Made by a program: the position numbers and the translations under genes. A stretch of 63,304 nt of DNA, filler included, from Aduncisulcus paluster (lineage: Eukaryota), in the NCBI GenBank assembly GCA_024181965.1. It is 5 parts of 5 records of this genome, joined end to end, with 100 filler letters (N's around TTAATTAATTAA, not from the genome) between each part and the next. Parts side by side here need not be neighbours in the genome. Positions count along the whole stretch, not along the records: positions 1 to 17,112 come from BQXS01012405.1; positions 17,213 to 19,660 come from BQXS01012407.1; positions 19,761 to 36,760 come from BQXS01012408.1; 2 more parts are not named here. One strand, 5' to 3'. Each line of letters opens with the position of its first letter. Position 1 is the stretch's first letter. This document shows positions 12,407 to 24,040 of the stretch, piece after piece. A model generated the notes under the pieces. It saw only the letters and a list, made by a program, of their open reading frames with translations, made no database searches and was not told the origin of the DNA.

Positions 12407-15400
12407 ATTAACAATCGATTTACCAACAGTTGACGTTTTGTCAACCTATATTCGAAAGGATATCCTCAAACTGAAGGATCAATTTGTCCAATACAAATCT
12501 AAAGGTGGAAAACAAGCTATTACTACCTTTGTGAGACCCGATATTTTACGTATTTTGAAAATTAGATTAAAAGGAAAGGACACTGATACCGATGAAAAAT
12601 TCGTGAAGGAAGTACTATCTTTGTCCGGAGCGTCCACTGCCCTTAAGCTATGGGACCAGCTTAAGGAAATTAAAATGAATCATACATTGAATGAAACTTC
12701 CCTGACCGCCTACGCAAGCGAGTTTGTTGCTGTCGTCGATGCTGCTGCTGGATTAGATACGTTGAAGTTAGAAATTTGCAAGAGATTTATTTCTGGGTTA
12801 TATTCTAAAAGATTGAGAACTCGCGTGCATTGGGAAGTTAAAAAGAAAGATACTGAAGATTTGGATGAAGTGGTATCAGTCGCTTTTGAGGAATTAATTG
12901 ATTTAAAGGAAGCTATTACTGACGCTAAAGAATATTATGCTGAAGAAAAATCCTTTAAGAAACCTCAAATGAAGTTTAAAAGAGATTTCCAACCTAAAAG
13001 AAAGGAATGGTCTGATAGATTTCGTAAACGTGAAGGTTTTACTCCAAAACCAAGAAGTTTTGACAGGTTTCAAAACAAATTTAAACCTAGTGACACTAGG
13101 ACACCTGTTTCAAAAGGTGATGTGATTAAGAAGGAACCGTATGTAAAGAAAGAAACGCTTAAGGCTCTTTCTGTATCTTCGGGTGGACTACCTACGCTGA
13201 ATGTTTCTGTGTGGGGTTCAAAAGGGGACGATTTTCTAAATACTATTGCCCTTTTGGATACTGGTTGTTCTCATTCTGTGATTTCAGACTCTTTATTGGC
13301 TAGACTCCAAGAGACACAACATATCTTCACAAAGCCGGAATATGCTGAGATACGATTGGCATCAGGAAAGATAGAATCCAAAAAGTCTGTATTACTTACG
13401 CTTAAGATAGACCAAGCGGCTTTTAAAGCCCCTCTGACATTTACTGAGGAGTTTTTAGTTATTAATATGGAACCAGAAACGCAACACAATTTGATTCTGA
13501 GTTACACGATTATAAATGAATTGAAGCTTATGGATCTATTGGAATTGGACTCTAAAGAGCCTAAATATGATGAAGATGATGAACCTGAAATAGAAGAAGA
13601 TGAAGAAGAAGACCACCTGAACGAAGGTACGCTATTTTGTGAAAGCCCACTTTTGAGACCGGAAATTCAGCCGATACTTGAGGATTATGAAGAAAAGGAA
13701 AAGGGGTTTGAGCTTGGGGAAGCCAGAGTGGAAGAATTTCATATTACTCTGGAGGACGAATCTAAAACAATCCGCATTCCCCCTCGCCGATTGTCCTATG
13801 CGTTGAGGAAACAGGTTCAAGAGATAATTGCGGATCTACTTGAACAGGGAAAGATTATTGAATCTCATAGCTCTTTTTCCAGTCCGATTGTAATGGTTAA
13901 AAAGAAAGACGGATCATGGAGATTATGCGTGGACTTCAGGGAACTCAACAAGATAACCCTCCCCCTTCAATATCCATTGCCAAGAATTCGAGACTTATTA
14001 GACGTCTTGACTGGGGTAAAGTATTTTGCTTTGCTGGATTTGCAATCTGGTTTTCATCAAATTAAGGTTGATGAAGTTACAAGACCTTATACAGCATTTG
14101 TGACACCGGATGGATTTTATGAATGGGTAGTCCTCCCTTTTGGACTACGAAACGCTCCAAGTCATTTCCAGAAGGCGATGAATCTGGGTTTTGCCGACCT
14201 ACTATTTACTTCTTGTCTGATATATATTGACGACATAATGATTTTCGGAAAGACTAAGGAGGAATTTATTGAGAATCTTCGAAAGGTTTTCGAGCGTTTG
14301 ATTTCACATGGTTTGAAATTAAACAAGAAGAAGTGCCGGATCGGGTGTACTGAAGTAGATTATTTAGGATTCCACTTGAATCAAATGGGACGATCTATTT
14401 CTCCTAAAAGAATTCAAAGTCTTTTAGACTTACCTCCACCGACTACAAAGAAGGAGGTTCGCCAAGTTATTGGCCTTTTGAACTATTTTCGAGAGTTCAT
14501 TCCGAATTATTCTTTGTTGACTTCACCTATTACGTCACTAATTGATAAAACAATTAGTTTTGAATGGACTGAGGAATGCCAACAATCATTCGATAAGATC
14601 AAGGCCTGGCTGAAAGATAGTATAATACTAGCATATCCTGATCCTGAAGCTACTTTTATTCTCAAAACTGATGCTTCTGATGTTGCTGTTGGAGGCGTAT
14701 TGTCACAAATAATTGAAGGAAAAGAGAGATATATTTCTTTCTTTTCAAAGAAACTGACGAAACAACAACAAAGATGGACGACTGGAGAGAAGGAGGCTTT
14801 TGCTGTGGTACATGGGGTTAAATACAACAGTGTTTATCTCAGAGCCAGCCATTTCAAACTCTTTACTGACCACAAGAATTTACTGTATGTACAACAAGCC
14901 CCCAATATGAAGATTACAAGGTGGAAACTATTATTACTAATATCTTCTAGTAGAAGAATTTGATTTCGAAATCCACCATGTCCCCGGTCGTGACAATGTT
15001 GTTGCTGATACATTATCTCGTCTCGTTCCTAAAGATGAGTCTTTGATGCATATCGAGATGAATGATTTACTGACTCGTAAGATTATGAAAGATCAAGAAG
15101 CTTTGACAGCTGCAGAGAAAGACTCTCTTGAACTGCATGATGGTTTATGGTTGGATAGTAGAGGAAGAATTGTGTTATCGAAAACAAGTCCCCTGAAAGA
15201 GTATTTCTTAAGGAAATATCATGGTATTGGTCTAAAGGGACATCAAGGGATTTCTAAAACCCTTTCTTCCTTGGATGATGCGATGATTACATGGAAGAAC
15301 CGAACCAGAGACGTAGACAAATATGTGAAATCATGCCTGATTTGTCAGAAATTGCGTTTTCGGTATTATGGATACGCAATTCGAGGCACTACTGCTGCAT

Positions 15401-16080
15401 TTGCTCCGTTTGAATCCATTTCTATGGACTCAATGGGATATCTTGATGAATCCTCATCAGGATATAAATATATTTTAGTAATAGTTGATAATTTTACTAA
15501 ATATACTTGTTTGATCCCAATGGTATCAACCACTGCTCGTGAAGCAGCAGATGCTATTATTACTCGCATCTGCCTGCCATTTACTGTTCCCCAGACTTTG
15601 ATTACGGATGGTGATACACAGTTTAAAAATGATTTAGTTCGTAGTATCTGTGAGACTTGTGGGATAGATCACCACATCACAACTCCTTATCATCCACAAA
15701 GTAATGGTCTGGTGGAACGAAAGAATCTGGATGTAATGAAAGCCTTAAAGGCTAAGATTATGGAGGGATCTCCCAAGGAATCGTGGGATAAACTCCTCCC
15801 TTTTGTGGAACATAAGTTGAACTCGATGACCTCAGAGACCACGGGGTTTTCTCCGAATGTTTTATTATTTGGTAATGCCCTGTATGAAGGAAGGACTCCT
15901 TTATCTGAGAAAATAGCTTCTCAAATGTCTAAGGAAACATTTCAACTTTCAAGGAAGGAAGCTACAGTTCAATATATGAGAGAGCTTGATCTCTCATTCA
16001 AGTTAGTACATTCTTTGGCTAAAGAACGCACGGAAAGGATTGTTAAACAGAGAATTATGGACAGTCCATCCCCAAAAGAA
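12407..16080 (+). mobile_element. Ty3/Gypsy gag-pol (Gag, protease, RT, RNase H, integrase), one frameshift, 3' truncated
   Basis: LLDTGCSHS, LPFGLRNAP, YIDD, KTDASDVAVGG, H-H-C-C finger, SMDSMG, ITDGDTQF, NGLVERKN. A 16-nt insertion at 14937-14952 shifts the frame. Confidence 0.95.
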
Positions 16081-16866
16081 GGTGATTATGTTGCATGCGT
16101 GTTGCACGAACGGTATACATAGGTCCCAGTCTTCTGTTCCTCTCAGGATCATCACCATAGATCGAAGGTACTTCTGAACCTCACGGTTCATCCTTTCCAC
16201 ATGTCCATTCCCTTGTGGGTGGTAGGCTGTTACCTTGTGATGTTTCAGCTGCCACATCTGGCAAAGCATCCTTAGCAGTCCGTTGACGTACTGCTTTCCT
16301 TGGTCGCTCTTGATAGTTTCAGGCAACCCGAAGTGTACAACCCAGTGTTTCACTAGAGCTTCTGCTGCTTCTTCTGCCGTACATCTACTGGTCGGCACCA
16401 ATACTGTGTATCGGGTGAAGCAGTCTACCATCACGATGATGTGACGGGCTCCACTTCTGGACATCCTCAGTGGTCCGATTGTATCTACTGCCACGATTTG
16501 GAACGGACGGTCTACCATCGCGTTTCTCATGATCCTTCGGACACTTCTTCTGAGTCGTCTCTTCTGACATACACCACACTTTTGTATGAAAGCCTTTGCA
16601 GCCTCTTTGGCTCCTTCGACGAAGATCTTCTTGTCGGTTATGTACTGAAGCATCTGACCTGCACTCTGGTGTGCTGCCATCAGTCCCATGTGAGCTTTCT
16701 CCATGATCTTCTGGATCAGCTCCTTGCTCTCCCTCGGGATAATTGCTTTCCCGTTCAACAGGTATAATCCCTTAACCTTGGTATACCCTCTGGTCGAGCC
16801 TAACCGTTGTCTGACCTCTCGTGACGTCTGACTTTCCCGAATCTTTTGCTTCCAAGTTCTTCTCAC
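16080..16866 (-). mobile_element. Integrase of a second Gypsy family, fused tail-to-tail to the first
   Basis: AHMG...HQ...CGVC, VAVDTIGP, KSDQGKQY, NGHVERMN. Confidence 0.9.
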
Positions 16867-17040
16867 CTTGGCGGATTCACTTTCTCGAGGTTCCTCTGGA
16901 TCCTCTTCGGAGTCGTTTGGTTCCGTGTCTTCACTGGACTCCTCCTGTTGGCCCTGCTCGGATGTTCTTCTTTTCCTCAGCTCTGCTGCTTCATCCTCAT
17001 CCAGCCACCATTGTTCCTGGTCCGAATCCTCTTGGTCTCC

Positions 17041-17103
17041 GGGGTGCTCCTCCCTCTCTTCAGGGTTCTGCCCTTGGGGGTGCTCCTCCCTCTCTTCAGG
17101 GTT
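17041..17103. repeat. Short direct repeat, 36-bp period
   Basis: GGGGTGCTCCTCCCTCTCTTCAGGGTT at 17041 and 17077. Confidence 0.85.
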
Positions 17104-17112
17104 TTCGGTTTC

Positions 17113-17212
17113 NNNNNNNNNNNNNNNNNNNNNNNNNNNNNNNNNNNNNNNNNNNNTTAATTAATTAANNNNNNNNNNNNNNNNNNNNNNNNNNNNNNNN
17201 NNNNNNNNNNNN
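17113..17212. other. Artificial scaffold spacer
   Basis: N44-TTAATTAATTAA-N44 (six-frame stop). Confidence 0.97.
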
Positions 17213-17634
17213 TCCGTATCATCGCTCGTTAATCGTTCAATAAATACGCCATTAGCAGAGCTACCAGTTTGTCCAGGTTCAACAACAGTGAGTTTTAACG
17301 GGTTGGTAGCTTGTATTTCGCTATGGCTCATCGTTTTCAGGGGGGTACTCACTTTCAGTTCGGTCGGTACAGAAGGGTTTGAACCAATTCCTGAGGTGTT
17401 TTCATCTTTTTCCACGGTTTTCAATAAAGGTTTATCTGTATCCGAAGGTTTTTCAATGGTTTTCATAGGTTCCGTTGTCAAAACTTCAGACTTTTCAGAT
17501 TCATCCTTTTTATCAGAAAATTCATCCTCGTCATGGTTCGAAATGTCCTTCTGAGTTTCAGAAGTTTCAGTTTCCTCAGGTCTTTCAATAGTTTCCTCAG
17601 GTTTTCTGGTTTTTCCACGTCTTTTTGGGGGCAT
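17213..17634 (-). CDS. Probable Gag N-terminus, cut at scaffold end
   Basis: LKLTVVEPG...GVFIERLTSDDT resembles SRLTVLIDD...GDFVVKLKSVNS of the Gag at 4632. Confidence 0.45.
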
Positions 17635-18220
17635 CGGGTTTTAATAGGGTTTAGTACAAATAAGTAAAAAAAAAGTTTACCAATATTATGAAATTGATCA
17701 ATTTATGGTAATTGGCTATTAAGCTTACTTACAATTTATTAATAAACGAACGGTCCAAACGAATCTATATTTAGACTATGAGAAAATGCCGGGATACCAC
17801 AGTTTTAAGGTCGAAAATTATTTCCCCTATATCCAGGCATATGACAATAAAAATAACATTATAAATGAAGTTAAATGAGAGATAAATAAGAGTTATAAAT
17901 GAAAAAATGTTGAATAATATAATATTTAATGAGATAACAAAAGTAACTTCCGAATACACTATACTGTTCTTTAAAATACAAAATAAATTGAATTTTCATT
18001 AGAATTATGAAATATATATATTATTAAAATATTGGTTACTGCTCAATTGAAGTTGTATACAGTAGATCCAATCATCCGATGATTTTCCTTTCGATTCATT
18101 AGTAATATCAAACTCCTGTATGTTTCTTATTGTTATATTTGTGTTAAAAACCACCAAAACGGTGTGTTTCTCTGTCAAACTAAAATATCTCTAACCATCC
18201 CGCCAAAAAAATACCAAAAT

Positions 18221-18295
18221 TGGTGATATCAGGGATCGAACCAATAACCTTTAATTTAGCACACGAACGCACTACCAATTGAACCATAATCGTTC
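18221..18295 (-). pseudogene. tRNA-like sequence (degenerate tRNA or SINE head)
   Basis: Minus strand: A box TGGTTCAATTGG, B box GGTTCGATCCC, ends CACCA then ATTTTGGTA and a T7 run. Stems are degenerate. Confidence 0.6.
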
Positions 18296-18338
18296 TAATT
18301 AATTTTTAATAATATATATCTGAAGCTACCCATACATA

Positions 18339-19660
18339 ATGATAATATTAACTGCCTTACAGGAAGAAAGTATAATGCTTCAGGCTTCTAAATGGCAAAA
18401 CGGAAGCTTACAAGAAAAAAGGGAGGTATACGATGCCGTCAGAGTTATTTTAGACAATCCTGGCCTCCGATCCCAACAAATAGGCCAAATGATGCGTCGT
18501 CTTATAGACAAACAACCAATTCCAGCACTTATAACACCACCTCCGAATATCCACGCCAAGACTCTCGGTCGGACCAAAAGGATAACTCTTAAATTGGGAT
18601 CTCCATGCTCTTTTTGCAAATGCAAATTATTCAAGGGAGAGAGATGTATTTGCGCAGAAGCTGTCGTTAAAAAATTAGACGTCTCGATCGCGGAAAGTAT
18701 TAAATCTATCTTATTTCCTCCTCCCTTACCCGATGTTATCTCCCGAGTGTCCTCCAAATATTTGAGAAAACGTAACAGTTTTTTTGCTTTGGGCCATCGA
18801 TTTTCAAAAATATTGAGAATGCCTCGAGGATTTGATCATCTTCATGGGACTATCACCTCTGGACTACGCAGAAGAAATGCTGAACTCCCTTTGTCAATTG
18901 TTGTAAGTCTGCAAGATGATGCAGTTACGGATGAAGAACACTTATTTGAAAGAGAAAAACGCGATATTAGAGAATGGTTGATTCGAAATAACCTTCTATA
19001 TCTTTCAATTTTGTCTCAAATTCAATACAACTGATTCTCGTGGGGAAGATTCCCTCTATATAAGAGGCATACCACAAAAGAAGGTGTTGTCGCCTTGACC
19101 ACGGAAAATCGGATTGAAAGTTTGTGTTGGAGTGAAGTAAGAGATGTGGCCATTGTAGCAGGAATTGGCTCTGAAAGAGGACAGCATGTCCCACTTATTT
19201 GGGGGGATCCCTTTACCGAACCTCTTCTTTTCCCTCTTCTCTTTCCTTATGGAACCAAAAAATATTCAAAAGATTGCCTTCTATCATTGACCCAATATGC
19301 CAAGACTCGGGTTATGCAGTCTGATCCTCGCTTTCTCTCATCTCTGGGAAGCGATTACTTCCTCACTCTCTGGGACGCTTTGTTCAGACAAAGAGTCTTC
19401 TCATCCCCCATAATACGATCGGTACAACAGGGAAGACTTGAACAGGGAGGGCGATTGACAAGAAGATTGGGATGCAATATTCCCTTCACAATACCAGGTA
19501 GTAATGGCTTCTGGAAAAAGAAGTATTTGGATCTCTTGGCCATTGTTGAGTGTCTCGGGGAGCCTCAATACTTTCTCACTTTGACAGTGAATGATGCCTG
19601 GGAGGAACTGAAAACTGAATCCCATATCCCACCGATCTTCAATCCCTCACTCTACTCCAG
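18339..19660 (+). mobile_element. Helitron Rep/helicase N-terminal region (interrupted, cut at scaffold end)
   Basis: EPLLFPLLFPYG, QSDPRF, IPGSNGFWKKKYLDLLAIVECLGEPQYFLTLTVNDAWEEL match the helitron-like N domain pattern. Confidence 0.8.
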
Positions 19661-19760
19661 NNNNNNNNNNNNNNNNNNNNNNNNNNNNNNNNNNNNNNNN
19701 NNNNTTAATTAATTAANNNNNNNNNNNNNNNNNNNNNNNNNNNNNNNNNNNNNNNNNNNN
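19661..19760. other. Artificial scaffold spacer
   Basis: N44-TTAATTAATTAA-N44. Confidence 0.97.
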
Positions 19761-20262
19761 GTAACATCTCTCTCAGTTCTTCGAAAGCCTGCTTCATAGC
19801 ATATTTCAGGTCCTTATGCTTTCCAGCAGTATCAACCTCCGATCGGACTCTATCACTGAGGCGGTCACTTCCCAAATTGTCAACAAAAATCTCAACAATC
19901 GTTTTATCGTCACCATACTCAGTATTCGTCGTGACTAGCTCCCGGAATCGTGCCACATAAGTGACCAGTTGTGTCTGGGAGAGTTTCGTCAGTTTCACCC
20001 GTTTTAAACGGTCGTAGAATTCCTGGGTGGAGTGGGCCCCGAACGAAGCTGTCACTGCAGCTTTCAATGCATCTTCTGGGGTTTCCTCGCTCGTTTCTGT
20101 TGTTAGATAGATTGCCTCGAGCAAATTTGGTTCCACCAAAGCTCTCCAACCCAGCTCACCACCTTTTGCTCGGTAGACGGTAAAATTCTTCATAAATAAA
20201 TTCCATGAAGAGTAATTAAAGTCCTTCAAATATGGTGGTTCTAAAAGGGACATTATTTTCAT
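19761..20262 (-). CDS. Gypsy Gag N-terminal part, cut at scaffold end
   Basis: YRAKGG, FVDNLGSDRLSDRV and AFEEL parallel the Gag at 12407. Confidence 0.75.
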
Positions 20263-20399
20263 TAATATTATTGTTATAACGTTGCAAATTTACTGAAACG
20301 AACAAATAAACCGAAGCTAAAAATAGCAACATGAGAAATAAAATAAAATCATATAAAAATACCTAAAATATCATAACACATGTGGTAAAAAATTTATTG

Positions 20400-21640
20400 G
20401 AAAAACACATTCTCCTATATTACCCTGTCAAAAACGTTAAAGAAAGATGACCCAGAATTTGGGGATGCGGCCAAAAAATATGTTTCAGAGAGGATTCGAA
20501 TAATCCTTCGAAAATCCATAAAAACCAAATTAACCGAGCATGGTATATGTTTAAGTGATGTTGTTGTATTGACGAGTGATCGAGAACAGTTCATGGTGAA
20601 GATATGTGAAGAGTTGATTGCTAATCAATGTGGGAAAATTTGGTGCCCATGTATCTCATGTGCTGAATTCGGTTAGAGAACACTATTTCTCTTTTTTTTT
20701 CCTTCAGTTAAGAATTTTTTGTTACAAATGAACAGTATTTTCCAGTTTACTTCGATAGAAAATCGCTACTACTTTTGTCTCCATAAATGCAGAAAAATAC
20801 AATATGTTGGAATTCGCTGGCTCAGTATCTAAGTTGAATTGCTTAAGATCTGTAAGAACTGGGATGGATATTTACTTGCGTTAAAGGAATTTCCAACAAA
20901 AAGAACGAAGGAAAATTTTTGTATTAAGTTTTTGTCATCAAAATCTTACCGAAAATTTATAGCAGAGTTAAGAGATAGATTTTTACCCATGGCTATTGCA
21001 TCAATTAAAATTTCTCAGTCCAATTTGTTTACATTTTCTGATTATAAAGCTCTAATCAGCTTTAAGGCTGCACTTCGAATTTCATACTACTAGTATCATA
21101 GTATGAAATTTGATAGTATTGTGGAATCGAATTGATTCTCTCAAATGAATAAATTTGCTAGCCACCGATATAAATTTAATATTTTTATTGGTTACTGTTA
21201 GTAACAGTATCAAAGTCATATGAAACTTTAGAGTTTCAAAACGTTTGGCAAGCATTGGAAAATTCTATTGAATTAGCATATATGGCTTCTGTATTTCGAT
21301 TTCCGACAGATAAAAAACATTATGCAACCAGACATATTTCAGTGGCCAGGATAAAATAATTTTCCAATTTTGTTAAGATAAGTGATTCAGATATGGATAC
21401 AAATATAATATTATACAAACAAGCAATTGAAAAGGTTGGATTCGAAAGAAAACAATGGGACTTAGATTTTAGTGCATTCGGAAAATTCGTTCACTCATGT
21501 TTCACGATTCCTCCAAGTGGAGCTTGTATCGAGCGCTTTTTCAAGACGTGCAGAGATTTTTGTTCCCCTCTTCGTGGTGAACAAAAAGTTGAAAAGCTTC
21601 TTTCAAAAGCTATTGTAAAATACAAGCCCAAATATCTGTA
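20400..21640 (+). pseudogene. Decayed hAT-like transposase
   Basis: VLTSDREQFMVKIC, WCPCI, GIRWLS, TIPPSGACIERFFK, with multiple stops. Confidence 0.75.
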
Positions 21641-21719
21641 TTCTTCTGCATTATTCATTTCAATTTCCTCTCCTTCTATATCGAACGGTTCTGTGACCAG
21701 CACGAAACATTTTGATGAA

Positions 21720-21845
21720 TTCACTTGAGACCTCCTGCCTTTAGTGCAGATATGAGTTCGATTGTCTCCTGGATAAGCTCCTCTCTGTTTTTTACCAACA
21801 CTATCAGATCATCAGCGAATGCTCTGATATGAGACTTTAGTGGGA
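21720..21845 (-). pseudogene. Non-LTR RT fragment
   Basis: IRAFADDLIVLVKNREEL...AGGLK. Confidence 0.7.
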
Positions 21846-21879
21846 AGGAATAATGAAATCGAGTATGATGTTGAACATT

Positions 21880-22150
21880 ACTGGAGAGAAGGGATCGGAG
21901 TACGATCCAAATGATTCTCCTTTGGTCCAATCAGAATCATTCATATGGGTGAAACCACAGAAAAAGACATCTAAATTATCAAGCCGGCTCCGAGTACCCT
22001 TCCAGGTAGGAATCTCGGAAAGAATATGGTCACGATAAAAAATATATTAGATGGAAAAAACAGTAATATACACCTAAGAAGGTTGACAGAAGTTAAGGGT
22101 AACCATTCACTTGAACAATTGAAGAGAATGGCTGGCCTATCTGATGAGGA
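21880..22150 (+). pseudogene. Gypsy integrase C-terminal fragment
   Basis: FIWVKPQKKTSKLSSRLRVPFQV / VTIKNILDGKNSNIHLRRL. Confidence 0.6.
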
Positions 22151-22151
22151 G

Positions 22152-22230
22152 TGTGATAATGCTTTCTTTAAAAATAATTCTATTTTTATAATTCTTTTTA
22201 ATCTTTTTATATTATTTTATTTATCTTCGC
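22152..22230 (+). repeat. ~80-bp AT-rich repeat; second copy 35926-36005
   Basis: Both begin TGTGATAATG and share AAAATAATTCT and ATATTATTTTATTTATCTTC. Confidence 0.75.
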
Positions 22231-22384
22231 TGGGTGATGTTCCACATCAATGTTTCTTCGGACTGACTGACTCGAAGAGGAGTGTTTAGATGATGTACAA
22301 CGCTGAAGAACCGCTCTATTGATGCACCTGATAATGGTATACTTGCCATTTGAAGTGAGAGTGAGTGAAGGTGAAAATAGTCGT

Positions 22385-23400
22385 TCAAGAAATTAATCGT
22401 GCACGGTTCTTTACTTCACTTTTTACATTTTCATAACTTAATTTATATTCTTGTGACCATTCATGTGGTTTTAATGCAACAATTGAATAATATATTTTTA
22501 AAAGTTTTTTTAAAATGGCATGAGCTTCTTTAAATGGTCGGGAAGTGATTCTTGATGCTTGCCAATCTTTTCGAAATCTTTCTTCAAAACCGGAAATGAC
22601 TTCATATGCACCACAATTAGGGATTTCAAATTGTGCTGCCTCAATTGATTTAAGTGCGGTTGGAATAAAATCTTCAGAAAGAGCCGAATTAAATATTTTA
22701 TAATGATCGTTTTCCAAGAAATCTATACTTGCTTTTCTACAAGCTGTCAGCGGTTGAAGGAGTTTTAATGCTGGTAAATATATCTCCCAATGATCAATGA
22801 TTTTTAAATATTCTCTTAACAGTATAGTATAGTATATCACCTCAAAGAAATGATCAAAATATGACTTAATTAAAATATTTAATACATGGGCAATACATGG
22901 CTGCCAACAGTATCCAAAGCCATTCTCCACCAGATCCTTGCAAATTCGGACCATAAGTCGTTCCCTGTCTGACGTTAGTGTTATTATTGACGATCCATTA
23001 ATCCCAAGTTCCAATAATTTTGCCTTTAAAGCCGAATATACAATATCGGTTGCTGCCGGCAAGATTTTGTATATCTCTGAACTCATGCATCCTAATGGAT
23101 GTTTCCAATGCTGAATCATGAAACAAACCTTTTTGTAATTTGATTCATGATCTCTTTTTTTGGCTATCTCTATATATTCATCATGAGTACTACTCACCAT
23201 ATTAGTAATATGGTGTTCTGAAGTAAACGATTTTTCAATTTCTTTTTTAAACGCCGAACTAAATATTTTATCTTTTATCTTCCCAATACTAACATAAGAA
23301 ATTGCAAAAGTACCTTTTTAGGAATGTAATAGGATGCCAAGTACGTCACAGGGAAACTTTTTAATAAGATTACAAACTACAGTTTCGGTATTTGCCATAA
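22385..23400 (-). pseudogene. Decayed hAT-like transposase
   Basis: ITLTSDRERLMVRIC, QPCIAHVLNILIK; same family as 8534-10383. Confidence 0.8.
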
Positions 23401-23622
23401 CATACCTATTTTTCAGTAAAACACTTTTTATAATTTTTTTAAATATTTTTGAATTCCACATAAAGCTTACAAAATAATAATATTTTTATATTATATTTAT
23501 TACACATTTTTTTTATAAAATTATTATCTTTTTTATAATTTTTTATTATCCATTTATTTATACAAAATTATTACACAATATATATTTTTTTATTATACAT
23601 ATTTTTTACAAAATATATATTT

Positions 23623-23872
23623 GTTGATCTCCGTAGTATAGTGGTAGACTGGTGTCCTCTTATTCCGCAAAGTCCTGGGTTCGAATCTCGTCATCGGCCA
23701 ATTTCGAGTATAGAACTACCGTTAGTACCGGGCAAACGACACTACCCCAAAGGTCAGATTGACGGCTTGGATTATGAGATGTCGTTTGTAGCCGACACTC
23801 GGAATTCTCATACTGCTCCAGCCGTACGATCTATACTGCAGCGTTAAGGGATCGCCTAAAAGTTGTTTTTTT
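23623..23872 (+). ncRNA. tRNA-headed Pol III element (SINE or structured ncRNA), copy 1
   Basis: A box TAGTATAGTGG, B box GGTTCGAATCT, ~170-nt body, terminal GTTGTTTTTTT; near-identical copy at 33220-33470. Confidence 0.75.
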
Positions 23873-24040
23873 ATATATATCATGTATATCTTAACTATGT
23901 CTTATCATTTATTTTCTTCCTCTTGCTGGAACTATGAGTGCTGAGGGTTCAATTGTCGTATATTCAAGATCCTTAGCCAATGCTGCGTCTAGTCTGTCAT
24001 AAATGTTTTCCATTTCTATCTCAATATCCCCATGATCTCT

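Noticed and set aside
17113..17212. TTAATTAATTAA palindrome between N runs (also 19661, 36761, 57199)
   Set aside because: Artificial concatenation linker. No biological adjacency should be inferred across it.
23655..23680. RNase P CR-I-like GCAAAGTCC within the tRNA-headed element
   Set aside because: Not conserved in copy 2, no matching CR-V, and better explained as a tRNA variable region.
23641..23847. 68-aa ORF and the many short antisense ORFs in the track
   Set aside because: They overlap the RNA-like element or are shadows of longer motif-bearing ORFs.
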